Shown here: piece after piece, positions 18,255-27,356 of the stretch
Layout: every line of letters starts with the position of its first letter
Position numbering within the stretch: the first letter of the stretch is position 1
Assembly (NCBI GenBank): GCA_019637435.1
Contig: JAHBVO010000002.1
Coordinates: forward strand, 657,519-721,518
Reading direction: 5' to 3'
DNA: 64,000 nucleotides
Source: Candidatus Obscuribacterales bacterium
GTDB lineage: Bacteria; Cyanobacteriota; Vampirovibrionia; Obscuribacterales; Obscuribacteraceae
Program-made: the position numbers and the translations under genes
The notes under the pieces: generated by a model
Seen by the model: only the letters and a program-made list of their open reading frames with translations
What the model was told of the DNA's origin: nothing
Database searches by the model: none

Positions 18255-20071
18255 GACGTCGCATCCTCTGAACTAGTCGGAATGCGAATCCAGAATGTGC
18301 TGCCTTTGCCGACCTCGCTATCCACACCGACTTCACCGCCATGGGCCTCTGCGATTGCTTTGACGATTGCAAGACCAAGCCCGGTACTCTTCATTGATGA
18401 CTGTTTTGCCGTTGCCGATTGTCTGAATTTTTCGAAAATCAAGTTCGCATCTTCTTGAGGAATGCCTGGTCCCTCATCGACTATTCGCAATTCAACGTGG
18501 TTTGCACTTCTCACTATTGCAAGTGTGACGGTGCCATTTTTAGGCGAAAATTTAATCGCGTTGGATAATAGATTTATCACCGCTTGAACTAGACGCAGTT
18601 CATCACCAAATATGGTGGCGTCTTCAGCGGGACCGACGACTTTCACGTATGCACTGTTGGCCATTGCTTCTAGTGCCTCCTTTGCGGAAACGCAGACCGC
18701 AGAAGCTCGTAAAGGCGCTCTGTTGAGGACGAGCTTTCCGGCTTCCAGTTTGTCGAGTTCCAGCAGGTCGTTCACAAGCTCTGTTAAACGTACAATGCTT
18801 GTTTCAGTTCGCTCTAAAATCTTGAGGACGCCTTCAGAGAGCTTCCCTCGTTCGCCCCGTATCAGTAGACCTATACTATTGCTGGTGGCAGTCACAGGAG
18901 TACGCAAGTCGTGGCTGACCATCGAAAGAAACTGCTGTTTCAATTTCTCCAGCGCTCGACGTTCCGTCACGTCATGTGCTACGCAAAAGTAAGTCTTCTG
19001 GCTTTGTGACCAGTTTACCGACCACGAGAAATTTCTGAAGCCACCATCTTTACACCGGATGACATTTTCCAATTCCCCCTGAGGAGAAGGTAGAGTGGAT
19101 ATTCGCACGAAATCGGCGAGCGAATTTGCCTGCTCGCTCTTGGGTACCAACGCCATAAGTGGACTGCCGAGCAATTCCTCTTGAGTGTAGCTCCATAAAC
19201 GATTCACTGTTGCACTGACACCTGTAAATCGAAGCTTTTCGTCAAAAGAGCAGATTACATCCGCTGCGTTCTCTAAAATTGCCAGTTCCCGATGCCTTGC
19301 TTCGCCGAGGATTTCGTTGGTCTCGTGTACGACTCGGTCTAACCTGGCAATCTCGTCATTGCCATTTTGTACCGGCGCGAGCGGTTTGTATGCAGAAACC
19401 AGATGAAGGTTTCTTTCGATCCTTTGCAAACGTCCGAGGATATCCCGCACGAGAAGCATCGCTAAAATGGTTTGTATGACTGTAACAGCAAGAAGTCCTG
19501 AGAGGATTATGGTCTGGGTCGTGTGCCGAAAATTAGCGAGTTGCGCTGGCTCTTCATTCAACAGGCGTGATTCGATTCGAACAATCTTTTGAGATAGTTC
19601 GTGCATGTTCAAGATAACACCAGCCAGTGTTTTCGTAGAAAAGCGTTTCTGTCTTTCATTCGCATCGATCTTCTGATCCGTGATCGTTTTCTCGATGTCG
19701 TCAAGGTATTGCACCATCGCTCTTCGAATTGACTGGGAGTCATCGACAATTTCACTGAGTTCCGGATCTAATCTTTCCAGATCGCGCCACTGAGCGCCTA
19801 CTATGAAATACCTCTTCAGGTTTCTCAACTGAGGAATGATGATGTCGGGGCTGGGATTTGCAGGATTTGTTATGACCAGGATGCCGCGCGCGACGTCGGA
19901 TTCGAATTCGTGCAGTTTCAGTAAAACAGCTTTGCTTGCCTGAAGGTCTGCTTGTTGCCGCTGTTTGTCGGAAATGACTTGCGAGAGACCAATAAAGAAG
20001 ACTATCTCAAAAAAAACTGGTACCACAACTAGTATCAGCAGTTTTTGAGTGACAGTAAGACTCGCAAACAA
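18251..20071 (-). CDS. Membrane sensor histidine kinase, paralogous architecture to 16368-18254
   Basis: H-box MVSHDLRTPVTAT and HATPase motifs (LSNAIKFS, DEGPGIP, STGLGLAIVK). Its stop overlaps the downstream kinase start by 4 nt. Confidence 0.85.
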   Translation of the reverse strand: MFASLTVTQKLLILVVVPVFFEIVFFIGLSQVISDKQRQQADLQASKAVLLKLHEFESDVARGILVITNPANPSPDIIIPQLRNLKRYFIVGAQWRDLERLDPELSEIVDDSQSIRRAMVQYLDDIEKTITDQKIDANERQKRFSTKTLAGVILNMHELSQKIVRIESRLLNEEPAQLANFRHTTQTIILSGLLAVTVIQTILAMLLVRDILGRLQRIERNLHLVSAYKPLAPVQNGNDEIARLDRVVHETNEILGEARHRELAILENAADVICSFDEKLRFTGVSATVNRLWSYTQEELLGSPLMALVPKSEQANSLADFVRISTLPSPQGELENVIRCKDGGFRNFSWSVNWSQSQKTYFCVAHDVTERRALEKLKQQFLSMVSHDLRTPVTATSNSIGLLIRGERGKLSEGVLKILERTETSIVRLTELVNDLLELDKLEAGKLVLNRAPLRASAVCVSAKEALEAMANSAYVKVVGPAEDATIFGDELRLVQAVINLLSNAIKFSPKNGTVTLAIVRSANHVELRIVDEGPGIPQEDANLIFEKFRQSATAKQSSMKSTGLGLAIVKAIAEAHGGEVGVDSEVGKGSTFWIRIPTSSEDATS

Positions 20072-20236
20072 TGAAAATCCCTTACGCGCAAATTTTATAA
20101 ATGAGCATGCGGTGCCGATTTTACCATGAATGGTAAAGCGATGACGTCCAAGTTGTTTATTGTGAATAACGGTGCCGCGGAATCATGGTATAAGTTTTGT
20201 CCCGAAGCACGTCGAACTACTTTATGAGGAACAGCA

Positions 20237-20638
20237 ATGGGTACAAGTGTTGAGCTTAACGACACTCTTTTGATAAGCGAAGCGCAGGGGTTTCCCTCGG
20301 GACTCTTGAATAGAGATGCTCATGTTCGCGACAGGGTCGGTGCTCGGAAGTTTGCAAATGAACTGTTCAAGTTTCAGGAGAAGGATGGAGCACGCATTTT
20401 TCATCTTGATCCAGTTCGCGTCTATCTTGTTGAAAACATTGATGGGAAGTGGCTTTTCTGGGGTAAGGCGTTTGTTGTAAGTCAAACCATTGAGAAAAAA
20501 ATCGGTCCCGATGGCGACTGGAAAGTGGGTGATTGGGTGACATCCGGTTTATTCAAAATCGTCGAAGTTTTTGAACCCGAATATCAGGAGATGTTCACTA
20601 CGCGAGAGTCACCGCCAGGGAAGAGCTTTTTTGCGTGA
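20237..20638 (+). CDS. Hypothetical protein
   Basis: 133-aa ORF with ordinary composition and no recognised motif. Confidence 0.45.
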   Translation: MGTSVELNDTLLISEAQGFPSGLLNRDAHVRDRVGARKFANELFKFQEKDGARIFHLDPVRVYLVENIDGKWLFWGKAFVVSQTIEKKIGPDGDWKVGDWVTSGLFKIVEVFEPEYQEMFTTRESPPGKSFFA

Positions 20639-20650
20639 ACGTTCTTCGAC

Positions 20651-21544
20651 TTATTTATTGTCGGGACCAAGCATCATTTGTTCTAACAAGGGGCTTCTTT
20701 TCTTTCTGTTCGGCGCGTTGTTCAATCGCGCATCTGCAGGACCGCCCAATTTCTTCGTGCTTGATTGAAACAGGAAGTCTGGCGAGTTGACCATGTCTTT
20801 GTAAGAGCCGAAACCGACTGCGTTGCCCATAACGGAACGATTGTTGTCCGTAAATTTTGCATCAGGTGGTACTGAGAAGACAGAGTCCGGAACTTTCACC
20901 TTTTTTACAGCAGTTGTGTCAAAAACGGTCATCAACCCGCCGTCCGGATCTGTATCGCCGACTACGATCGAATCACGGGGTGTCACGAACTGCTTTAATC
21001 TGAGCGGTATTCCCAGGTTGTAAGGCAAAGCGCTGTGAGTTGTGATCATGCGTATCATCGGCGCCGGCCACGATTTTTCCTTCAGCACATAATAGTTCAT
21101 CCAGCTTCGGTTCGGAGTTCTCTTCGTGTATTGAAGAGATTCAACACCGCAGAAAAGCACCTCCTTCGGCTTGGAGAAGGTTGCGTCAGTGAACTCGCCT
21201 GTTGTCTCGAGGAGAAACTCGATATTTTTCATATTGTCGAGCGCGCGTTCCATCTTGAGCTTGATGTACTGCTTTTTCTTCGGATTGTAGACAGCCACCT
21301 CCGTAAACGGTTCACGCGAAAACATGATCACACCCGAACTGGAATGTTCGTATCGCAATGCCTTTTTTGATATCAAGATCTTTTGCCGTCCACCGACGTT
21401 GTGCGACTGATGCAATTCAAGCGCGTCCTGAACAGTCGCGGTTGCCGCGGCTGAGGCTGATTGCGTGAGAATAAGTGCTAGCGAGATTGTCGCGAAAAGT
21501 TTGTTCATGAGATAATTATCCCACGAGCCTGTCTTTCCGTTCAT
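20651..21544 (-). CDS. Hypothetical secreted protein
   Basis: 297-aa ORF with signal-like segment LFATISLALILTQSASAAA. Confidence 0.5.
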   Translation of the reverse strand: MNGKTGSWDNYLMNKLFATISLALILTQSASAAATATVQDALELHQSHNVGGRQKILISKKALRYEHSSSGVIMFSREPFTEVAVYNPKKKQYIKLKMERALDNMKNIEFLLETTGEFTDATFSKPKEVLFCGVESLQYTKRTPNRSWMNYYVLKEKSWPAPMIRMITTHSALPYNLGIPLRLKQFVTPRDSIVVGDTDPDGGLMTVFDTTAVKKVKVPDSVFSVPPDAKFTDNNRSVMGNAVGFGSYKDMVNSPDFLFQSSTKKLGGPADARLNNAPNRKKRSPLLEQMMLGPDNK

Positions 21545-21573
21545 CTCCTGTTCGTCTCAGTCTTCGGCAACCC

Positions 21574-21614
21574 AACGAAATACGCTACGGCGTAATTCGG
21601 TAGCGTATTTCGTT
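21574..21614. promoter_or_regulatory. Perfect 15-bp stem-loop in the gap between two minus-strand genes
   Basis: aacgaaatacgctac (21574-21588) pairs with gtagcgtatttcgtt (21600-21614), with an 11-nt loop. There is no U-tract on either strand. Confidence 0.6.
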
Positions 21615-21640
21615 CTGTATGACAGTAAATGGTGATTATT

Positions 21641-22768
21641 CTACTGAAGGGTGTCCAGTGGGATACTCGTATGCCGGAAGTAGGTCCGTGAGCCGGGCTC
21701 AATCGAGCTGCCTGCAGGCAGGGATGCATCGGACTGTTTATCCGCCGACGCTACCTCCGGTGCGGGCAAAGCAGCCACGCGATTGGTGGCGTGGTCTTCA
21801 ATAAATGACCCAATAGAGTAGGTCACAAGATTCTTCGGCGACGGAGTGCCGATCAATATGTGCCCACAGTTCGGGACCATCACAAGTTGTTTATCAAAAG
21901 TGTTGAACGCTGAGAAAACTTTTTTCGCGGATTTCGGCGTCAAAGTTTTATCGCAGTCACCGTGCACCACCAACACTGAAATACGCGGGTCTAATTTCTT
22001 AGCATACTTTGGATTCTTGGCTATAAAGAACTTCGCTTTTAAAATCTCCCTGAACGAGAATGTTTTTCGCTGGTCAGGGTCATCGATTGTTTTCTGAAGA
22101 GCAACCAGATCGTCTGTTCCATACTTTTTCTGATAGCGAACGATGTTCACTGGTCTGCGAAACAAGCACTTTGTCATATCCGTCAGCATCCAGAGAATAT
22201 TCGCGTGTCCCGCTTTCGAACCGGCCCCACATAAAACAAGTCCATCCAGAACTTCTGGTGAGTCGTTCGCTGCCCTCAGGGCAACTGCCGAGCCAACGCT
22301 CTCTCCTAACAAATACAGCGGAAGGTCAGGATTCTCTTCCTTAATGGCATGAAGAACTTTGCCTACATCCGCCTGCGACTTTTTGTAGTTACAGCGGTAT
22401 CCGTCTTTGCACTTCTCTTGTTTGTGCCACCAACCGTGTCCGCGCAGATCCATACCGTATGTGATGAACCCCTGCGAGGCCAGCTGGTCCGCAACGGTCC
22501 TCAACGTATAGGCTCGTTGTGAAATTCCATGCAGCATTAAAACAGCTGCGCGTGGCCGACGTTCATCATCGCTCCACTCATATACCGGGAGATTAGTCTC
22601 ATTCGCGATGGCAGGATGCTCGTCATAAATGACTTCGGCAAACGCCTGGGTGGGAGATGATACTGAGGCTGCCGCAATTGCGAATGATAAGAGCCTTGCT
22701 TTCTGCGAGGTGCTTGTGAAGGGCTTCTTCCTGGATTGCGTAGCCTCGTTCGAACGCTTTGCTTTCAT
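21641..22768 (-). CDS. Secreted alpha/beta hydrolase (lysophospholipase / monoacylglycerol lipase-like)
   Basis: Nucleophile elbow LLGESVGSAVA (GxSxG), HGISQRAY oxyanion region and C-terminal NCGHIL. Signal-like N-terminus. Confidence 0.8.
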   Translation of the reverse strand: MKAKRSNEATQSRKKPFTSTSQKARLLSFAIAAASVSSPTQAFAEVIYDEHPAIANETNLPVYEWSDDERRPRAAVLMLHGISQRAYTLRTVADQLASQGFITYGMDLRGHGWWHKQEKCKDGYRCNYKKSQADVGKVLHAIKEENPDLPLYLLGESVGSAVALRAANDSPEVLDGLVLCGAGSKAGHANILWMLTDMTKCLFRRPVNIVRYQKKYGTDDLVALQKTIDDPDQRKTFSFREILKAKFFIAKNPKYAKKLDPRISVLVVHGDCDKTLTPKSAKKVFSAFNTFDKQLVMVPNCGHILIGTPSPKNLVTYSIGSFIEDHATNRVAALPAPEVASADKQSDASLPAGSSIEPGSRTYFRHTSIPLDTLQ

Positions 22769-23005
22769 GAGGTTGAACCGAACTAGGTGCTACAACCAGG
22801 GAATAGCACAGGTTTTCGCGAACAATGACATCTTCCGCTCTGCCATAGTCGTTCCACAGCGGTGAAACTCGAATTAGGAAAAATCCCCGCACCCAGGGAA
22901 GTGCAGGGATTATCCTATCTATCGGTTTTGTTATCGATCGTTCAGTAAAATTCAGCGGAGATTTTACCGCAAGGAGAGTCACCGGGGGTGGTGGCGCAGC
23001 TACGG

Positions 23006-23653
23006 TTAGATGCTGCTCAGCGCCCGTTTAAACCTGGTTTTCAGATCGGTGTAGATGTGTGTCGGACTTGGTGGATTTTCAGGTCTGCCGAGGTCGCTAG
23101 CGGCCGCGTAGACTGAGGACGTTAAGCCGACGAAGAAAGGATGAAAGCCGAAGGAAAGCATTTCGTCATACGCTCTACTGGCTGTCCAGCCCTCTTCCGT
23201 GATTCGGTAAATCGCGACCATCGTTCCGGCGCGATCCTGACCTTGATTGCAATGCACGAAGACCGGCTGGTTCTCAGGATCTCTAACGGCTGCCAAAAAT
23301 TTGTCCGTCTGTTCCTTCTTCGTCATTTTGAAGTGATTCAATGGAATGTGAATGAAATTCATTCCAAGCTCGCGAGTCTCAGCTCGCTCGTTTTCGACGG
23401 CTTGTCCGTCTTGCATAAGATTGACGATGGTTTTGACACCGGCTCTCTTGAGTTCTCCTACGCCTCCATGTTTGGGCACGCCGCCGCGCCACAGTTGTGG
23501 TGAAACAACCGCGAAGTTCGGCACAAGTCCGCCAAGATCCGGCTGGAGTGCAGATGCCAGCGGATTGCTACGAGCGTAACTCGGTGATGACATGAAACCC
23601 ATTGTGAACGAGACAGTAACGAGAAGAAATAACCAAGCGTGTTTGTATGCCAA
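23006..23653 (-). CDS. Cysteine-dependent protein tyrosine / dual-specificity phosphatase family protein (secreted paralogue)
   Basis: P-loop VHCNQGQDRAGTMVAIYR (HCx5R). Signal peptide AWLFLLVTVSFTMGFMSSPSYA. Confidence 0.8.
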   Translation of the reverse strand: MAYKHAWLFLLVTVSFTMGFMSSPSYARSNPLASALQPDLGGLVPNFAVVSPQLWRGGVPKHGGVGELKRAGVKTIVNLMQDGQAVENERAETRELGMNFIHIPLNHFKMTKKEQTDKFLAAVRDPENQPVFVHCNQGQDRAGTMVAIYRITEEGWTASRAYDEMLSFGFHPFFVGLTSSVYAAASDLGRPENPPSPTHIYTDLKTRFKRALSSI

Positions 23654-23999
23654 TTACGTCCCTCCGAGAAATACTCTCACATGATTTGAGTGTAACAAAA
23701 GTTTCTAAAGTTGGGTTGATCCTTTTATTGAAAAACCAGTCCACGAGCGAGTCTTCATCTCTTGCTGCCTTTCGAGTAATTTGCAAAAATGTCCTGGACT
23801 GTTTCCTTCGAAGGAATACAGTATTTGGAAATCCTGTTTCAGACTCACTTGCTGTTATCGACGTGCTATCGCATGCATTGTTTCGCAGGCTTCATCTTTT
23901 TTACCAGGCGCAACAGATTGCGTTTATATTCAAATAAAGAGCCCGAATATGTTTGCGTTCTGGCGCCTGCTGCACCCATACTTTTCCAGGTGGTGTTCA

Positions 24000-25121
24000 A
24001 TGAAAATCCCGTTTCGATGTCTCGCTGCGCTTAGTTCTCTGTTGATTGCTGCTTCCAGTCTGCCTATTGAGGGCGCCTTCGCCGGAACGCTTACCAATAA
24101 AAATCGGTTGACCAGGTCTACATCACCGGGTGCGCCTACCACAAGTACGCAGTTCGAAGTGCAACCTGCTTTCGATCGAAGTCGCCCACTGGAAGGAAAA
24201 GTTGAGAGGCAGGAAGGATCTGAGCTGGTAGATGTTGATCAGTTTAAAGGCGGTGTTGGACAGATTGACAGCAGTCGTCAACCTCGAACTGCAGCGATCA
24301 ATACATCTGGTTTGCGCAGTGGTGTCGGGCAAAGTCAGCTGCATGGCGGAGCGAATACGAATAATTTGCAAGGCGGTCTCGGCAACGAGAATTTCGGAGC
24401 GAGTGTTCCGAGCTATGGCGGAAGACCTCCGTTCAACTTGGGTGCCCCTAAGACACATCTGTCGGGAGATATTTCCGACAAGGAAATGAAACTGATCAGT
24501 AACTATGATGTCGTCGTTATGCAGGATCGTTCTAGTTCTATGGGAGAAGATGAGAACATCTTGCTTCGCAATGGTATGGGAATGCGCAAAATGTCGCGTT
24601 GGGATTGGTGCTTATATGAGGCCGCAGACTTCACGCGACAGACAAGCTTTCTTCCGAACTGGGCATTCACGCTAGTGCTGTTTTCCAGCAAGTATGACGT
24701 TTTTCACCGAGTTGCGTTCAATCAACTGCCGGCAATCTATAACAGAACAGGCATTTATATCGGTACTAAACTCGCCGACCCACTGGCGGAACAGATTTCG
24801 ATGTACTTTCGCCGGCGTCAAATGGGCGAAAAGCGCCCGTTACTTGTTGCCGTAATTACTGATGGAAAGCCACAGGACGATGAGAATCTTCGAGATTTGC
24901 TGATTCAGACGACCTATCAAATGCGCGACCCCCGAGAAGTTAAGATCGTTTTCTTGCAGGTCGGTACGTCGGATGAGGGTAGTCACAAACTGTTTAAACT
25001 TGATCGCAAGTTGCAGACAAAAGGTGCCAAGTACGACATCGTCTCAGTGAAGCCCTTCTACGAGATTGCAAATGTAGGTTTGACTCGCGCGCTGCTTGAT
25101 ACCATTCGCAGTGGCGGGTAA
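24000..25121 (+). CDS. Secreted von Willebrand factor A (vWA)-like domain protein
   Basis: The internal ATG at 24000 gives signal peptide MKIPFRCLAALSSLLIAASSLPIEGAFA. MIDAS-like VVVMQDRSSSMG (DxSxS) and a downstream VITDG. Confidence 0.65.
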   Translation: MKIPFRCLAALSSLLIAASSLPIEGAFAGTLTNKNRLTRSTSPGAPTTSTQFEVQPAFDRSRPLEGKVERQEGSELVDVDQFKGGVGQIDSSRQPRTAAINTSGLRSGVGQSQLHGGANTNNLQGGLGNENFGASVPSYGGRPPFNLGAPKTHLSGDISDKEMKLISNYDVVVMQDRSSSMGEDENILLRNGMGMRKMSRWDWCLYEAADFTRQTSFLPNWAFTLVLFSSKYDVFHRVAFNQLPAIYNRTGIYIGTKLADPLAEQISMYFRRRQMGEKRPLLVAVITDGKPQDDENLRDLLIQTTYQMRDPREVKIVFLQVGTSDEGSHKLFKLDRKLQTKGAKYDIVSVKPFYEIANVGLTRALLDTIRSGG

Positions 25122-25166
25122 CAGGAACTTTTGTTGAACCGCATTCTATCGATGGCATAACGCGCA

Positions 25167-25212
25167 AATCACGCGACGTGTAGATTCAAACCGTCGCGTG
25201 ATTGCTTTTGTT
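25167..25212 (+). terminator. Intrinsic terminator
   Basis: A 12-bp perfect stem, aatcacgcgacg (25167-25178) with cgtcgcgtgatt (25192-25203), followed by gcttttgttctt. Confidence 0.8.
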
Positions 25213-25405
25213 CTTGCGTCGTTCGATTCATCGCTCAAGGCTCTCAATCGATCGATGCAATAACGTTTTTTTGAGGCAACTCTGGTCGAATCTTTTACAG
25301 ACCAGCGCACACTCTTGATTTTTTTCTTCTTCCGTTCTCACGATGTATATAGCGTAGAATGTTTCTGTCGAAGCCAAAAGTTTTTTTGCGTTTGAAGGAG
25401 AGCAA

Positions 25406-26872
25406 ATGGGCGATTCTGTGGGCATCGTGTGGTTCCGATTCGATCTGAGATTGTCGGATAATCTGGCGTTGCACGAAGCCGTTTCAACTTGCGATTTCGT
25501 CGTGCCGCTTTATATCTGGAGCGAGACTGAATCTGAAAACGCCCACTGGGCGCCGGGTGCTGCGACTAAGTGGTGGCTACATCAATCGTTGAAAGCGCTG
25601 GGTGAACAACTGGTGAACGTCGATTCGGAACTTGTTATTAGAGAGGGCAACTCCTTAAAAGTTCTGCAGGATTTGATCAAAGAGACAGGCGCAGACAAGG
25701 TCTTCTGGAATCGCAGATTCGATCCGGCAGGACGCAAAGTTGATGAGCAGCTGCAAAAGAAATTAGAAGAAAATGGTATCTCGGTACACGCATTTAACTC
25801 TAATTTGCTTCACGATCCGGACCGTGTCCTCACGAAAAGCGGCACCCCCTTTAAAGTTTTCACACCATTCTGGAAGAATTTCACGGAAAATATTGAGCCT
25901 GAAGTTCCAAAGGGAAAAAATAAGAGGATTCCGTTTCCGAAGAAAAAATTGAAGTCGATCAAGTTGGACGAGCTTGCCTTGGAGCCGAAGATTGACTGGG
26001 CATCTGGCTTCCGGGATTACTTTGAACCCGGAGAAATAGGTGCGCACAAACGATTGAAAGAATTTTTGAAAGATGGCATCAACCATTACGCTACGGGGAG
26101 GAATCTTCCGAACGAGGATGGTGTCTCCATGCTTTCTCCGTATCTGCATTTTGGAGAAATCAGTCCACGTCAAATTTGGCACGAAGTTCTTGGTACCGAC
26201 ATCAAACCGGATCATCGAAAAGATGCTCAGACCTATCTGAAAGAAATAGGGTGGCGGGAATTCGCTCACCACGTGCTTTATCATTTCCCACATACCTGCG
26301 ACAAACCATTACGAACTCAATTCGCGAAATTTCCCTGGGCACACAGTAAGAAAAATCTGGAGCTCTGGCAAAAAGGGAAAACCGGCTACCCCATAGTTGA
26401 TGCCGGCATGCGTCAGCTCTGGCACACCGGTTGGATGCACAATCGCGTTCGCATGATAGTTGCCTCCTTTCTCACCAAGGATCTATTAATCAGCTGGAAG
26501 GACGGAGCCGAATGGTTTTGGGACACACTAGTTGACGCAGATCTTGCAAATAACACGTTAGGGTGGCAGTGGGCCGGCGGGTGTGGGGCGGATGCTGCAC
26601 CTTACTTTCGAATTTTCAATCCGGAGTTGCAAGGCGAAAAATTTGATCCGCATGGCGAATATGTTCGACAATGGGTTCCTGAACTGAAGCGACTCGAATC
26701 TAAGTTTATCCACAACCCTTCCAAGGCACCGCCACTGGTGCTCCATGCCGCTGGTATCGAACTCGGCGAGACGTATCCAAAGCCGATGATTGACCACTCC
26801 GCCGCGAGGAAGCGTGCGCTCGAGGCGCTCGCCTCTATAAAAGGAGCCGGGGATGACGGTGATGATTATTGA
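25406..26872 (+). CDS. phrB: Deoxyribodipyrimidine photolyase (class I CPD photolyase/cryptochrome family)
   Basis: N-terminal IVWFRFDLRLSDNLAL. FAD-binding region WREFAHH, TGYPIVDAGMRQLWHTGWMHNRVRMIVASFLTKDL and GWQWAGGCGADAAPYFRIFNP. Confidence 0.92.
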   Translation: MGDSVGIVWFRFDLRLSDNLALHEAVSTCDFVVPLYIWSETESENAHWAPGAATKWWLHQSLKALGEQLVNVDSELVIREGNSLKVLQDLIKETGADKVFWNRRFDPAGRKVDEQLQKKLEENGISVHAFNSNLLHDPDRVLTKSGTPFKVFTPFWKNFTENIEPEVPKGKNKRIPFPKKKLKSIKLDELALEPKIDWASGFRDYFEPGEIGAHKRLKEFLKDGINHYATGRNLPNEDGVSMLSPYLHFGEISPRQIWHEVLGTDIKPDHRKDAQTYLKEIGWREFAHHVLYHFPHTCDKPLRTQFAKFPWAHSKKNLELWQKGKTGYPIVDAGMRQLWHTGWMHNRVRMIVASFLTKDLLISWKDGAEWFWDTLVDADLANNTLGWQWAGGCGADAAPYFRIFNPELQGEKFDPHGEYVRQWVPELKRLESKFIHNPSKAPPLVLHAAGIELGETYPKPMIDHSAARKRALEALASIKGAGDDGDDY

Positions 26873-26921
26873 GATTATGCGGCGAGTGTATAATTGAGAT
26901 AGCTCTTCCAGCGAGATCCTT

Positions 26922-27140
26922 ATGGCCTTTAATGACGATGTTCACGTTCTTTCAATCCGCTATCCGAGCCTCGCAAAAGGTTTAGGGCAGTGCGTGAATC
27001 TGGACAAGGCATTTCGGTTCCTGGAATCGGAAAATTTCCCTCTGGCGCAAATGGATGTCATTGCGCAAGATGAGTTTAGTCATGATGTCTGCGTGCCGTT
27101 CCCTGACAATCAAGCCTTCATCGTGATCGGCGCAACATGA
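26922..27140 (+). CDS. Hypothetical protein ending at an in-frame TGA, with the frame open for 58 further codons to 27317
   Basis: 72-aa ORF. After the TGA at 27138-27140 the same frame reads VGHLTNVSVWDYKPSPDELLQKRLTDGWKPQCSELKEGLVILGHAACLMSNDDLPTQQ before a TAA at 27315-27317. Confidence 0.4.
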   Translation: MAFNDDVHVLSIRYPSLAKGLGQCVNLDKAFRFLESENFPLAQMDVIAQDEFSHDVCVPFPDNQAFIVIGAT

Positions 27141-27356
27141 GTAGGACATCTGACCAATGTCTCCGTGTGGGATTACAAACCGTCTCCTGATGAGTTGCTC
27201 CAGAAGCGATTAACGGATGGTTGGAAACCGCAGTGTTCTGAACTGAAAGAGGGATTGGTCATACTCGGGCACGCTGCATGTTTGATGAGCAACGATGACC
27301 TGCCCACGCAGCAATAACTGTGACCGTTCCAATAGCAGGCGATACACGTGCGCGGT

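Noticed and set aside
23781-23999. The N-terminal 73-codon extension of the vWA ORF (ORF-track start at 23781).
   Set aside because: The extension is Cys-rich and atypical. The internal ATG at 24000 yields a textbook signal peptide, so the upstream part is probably untranslated.
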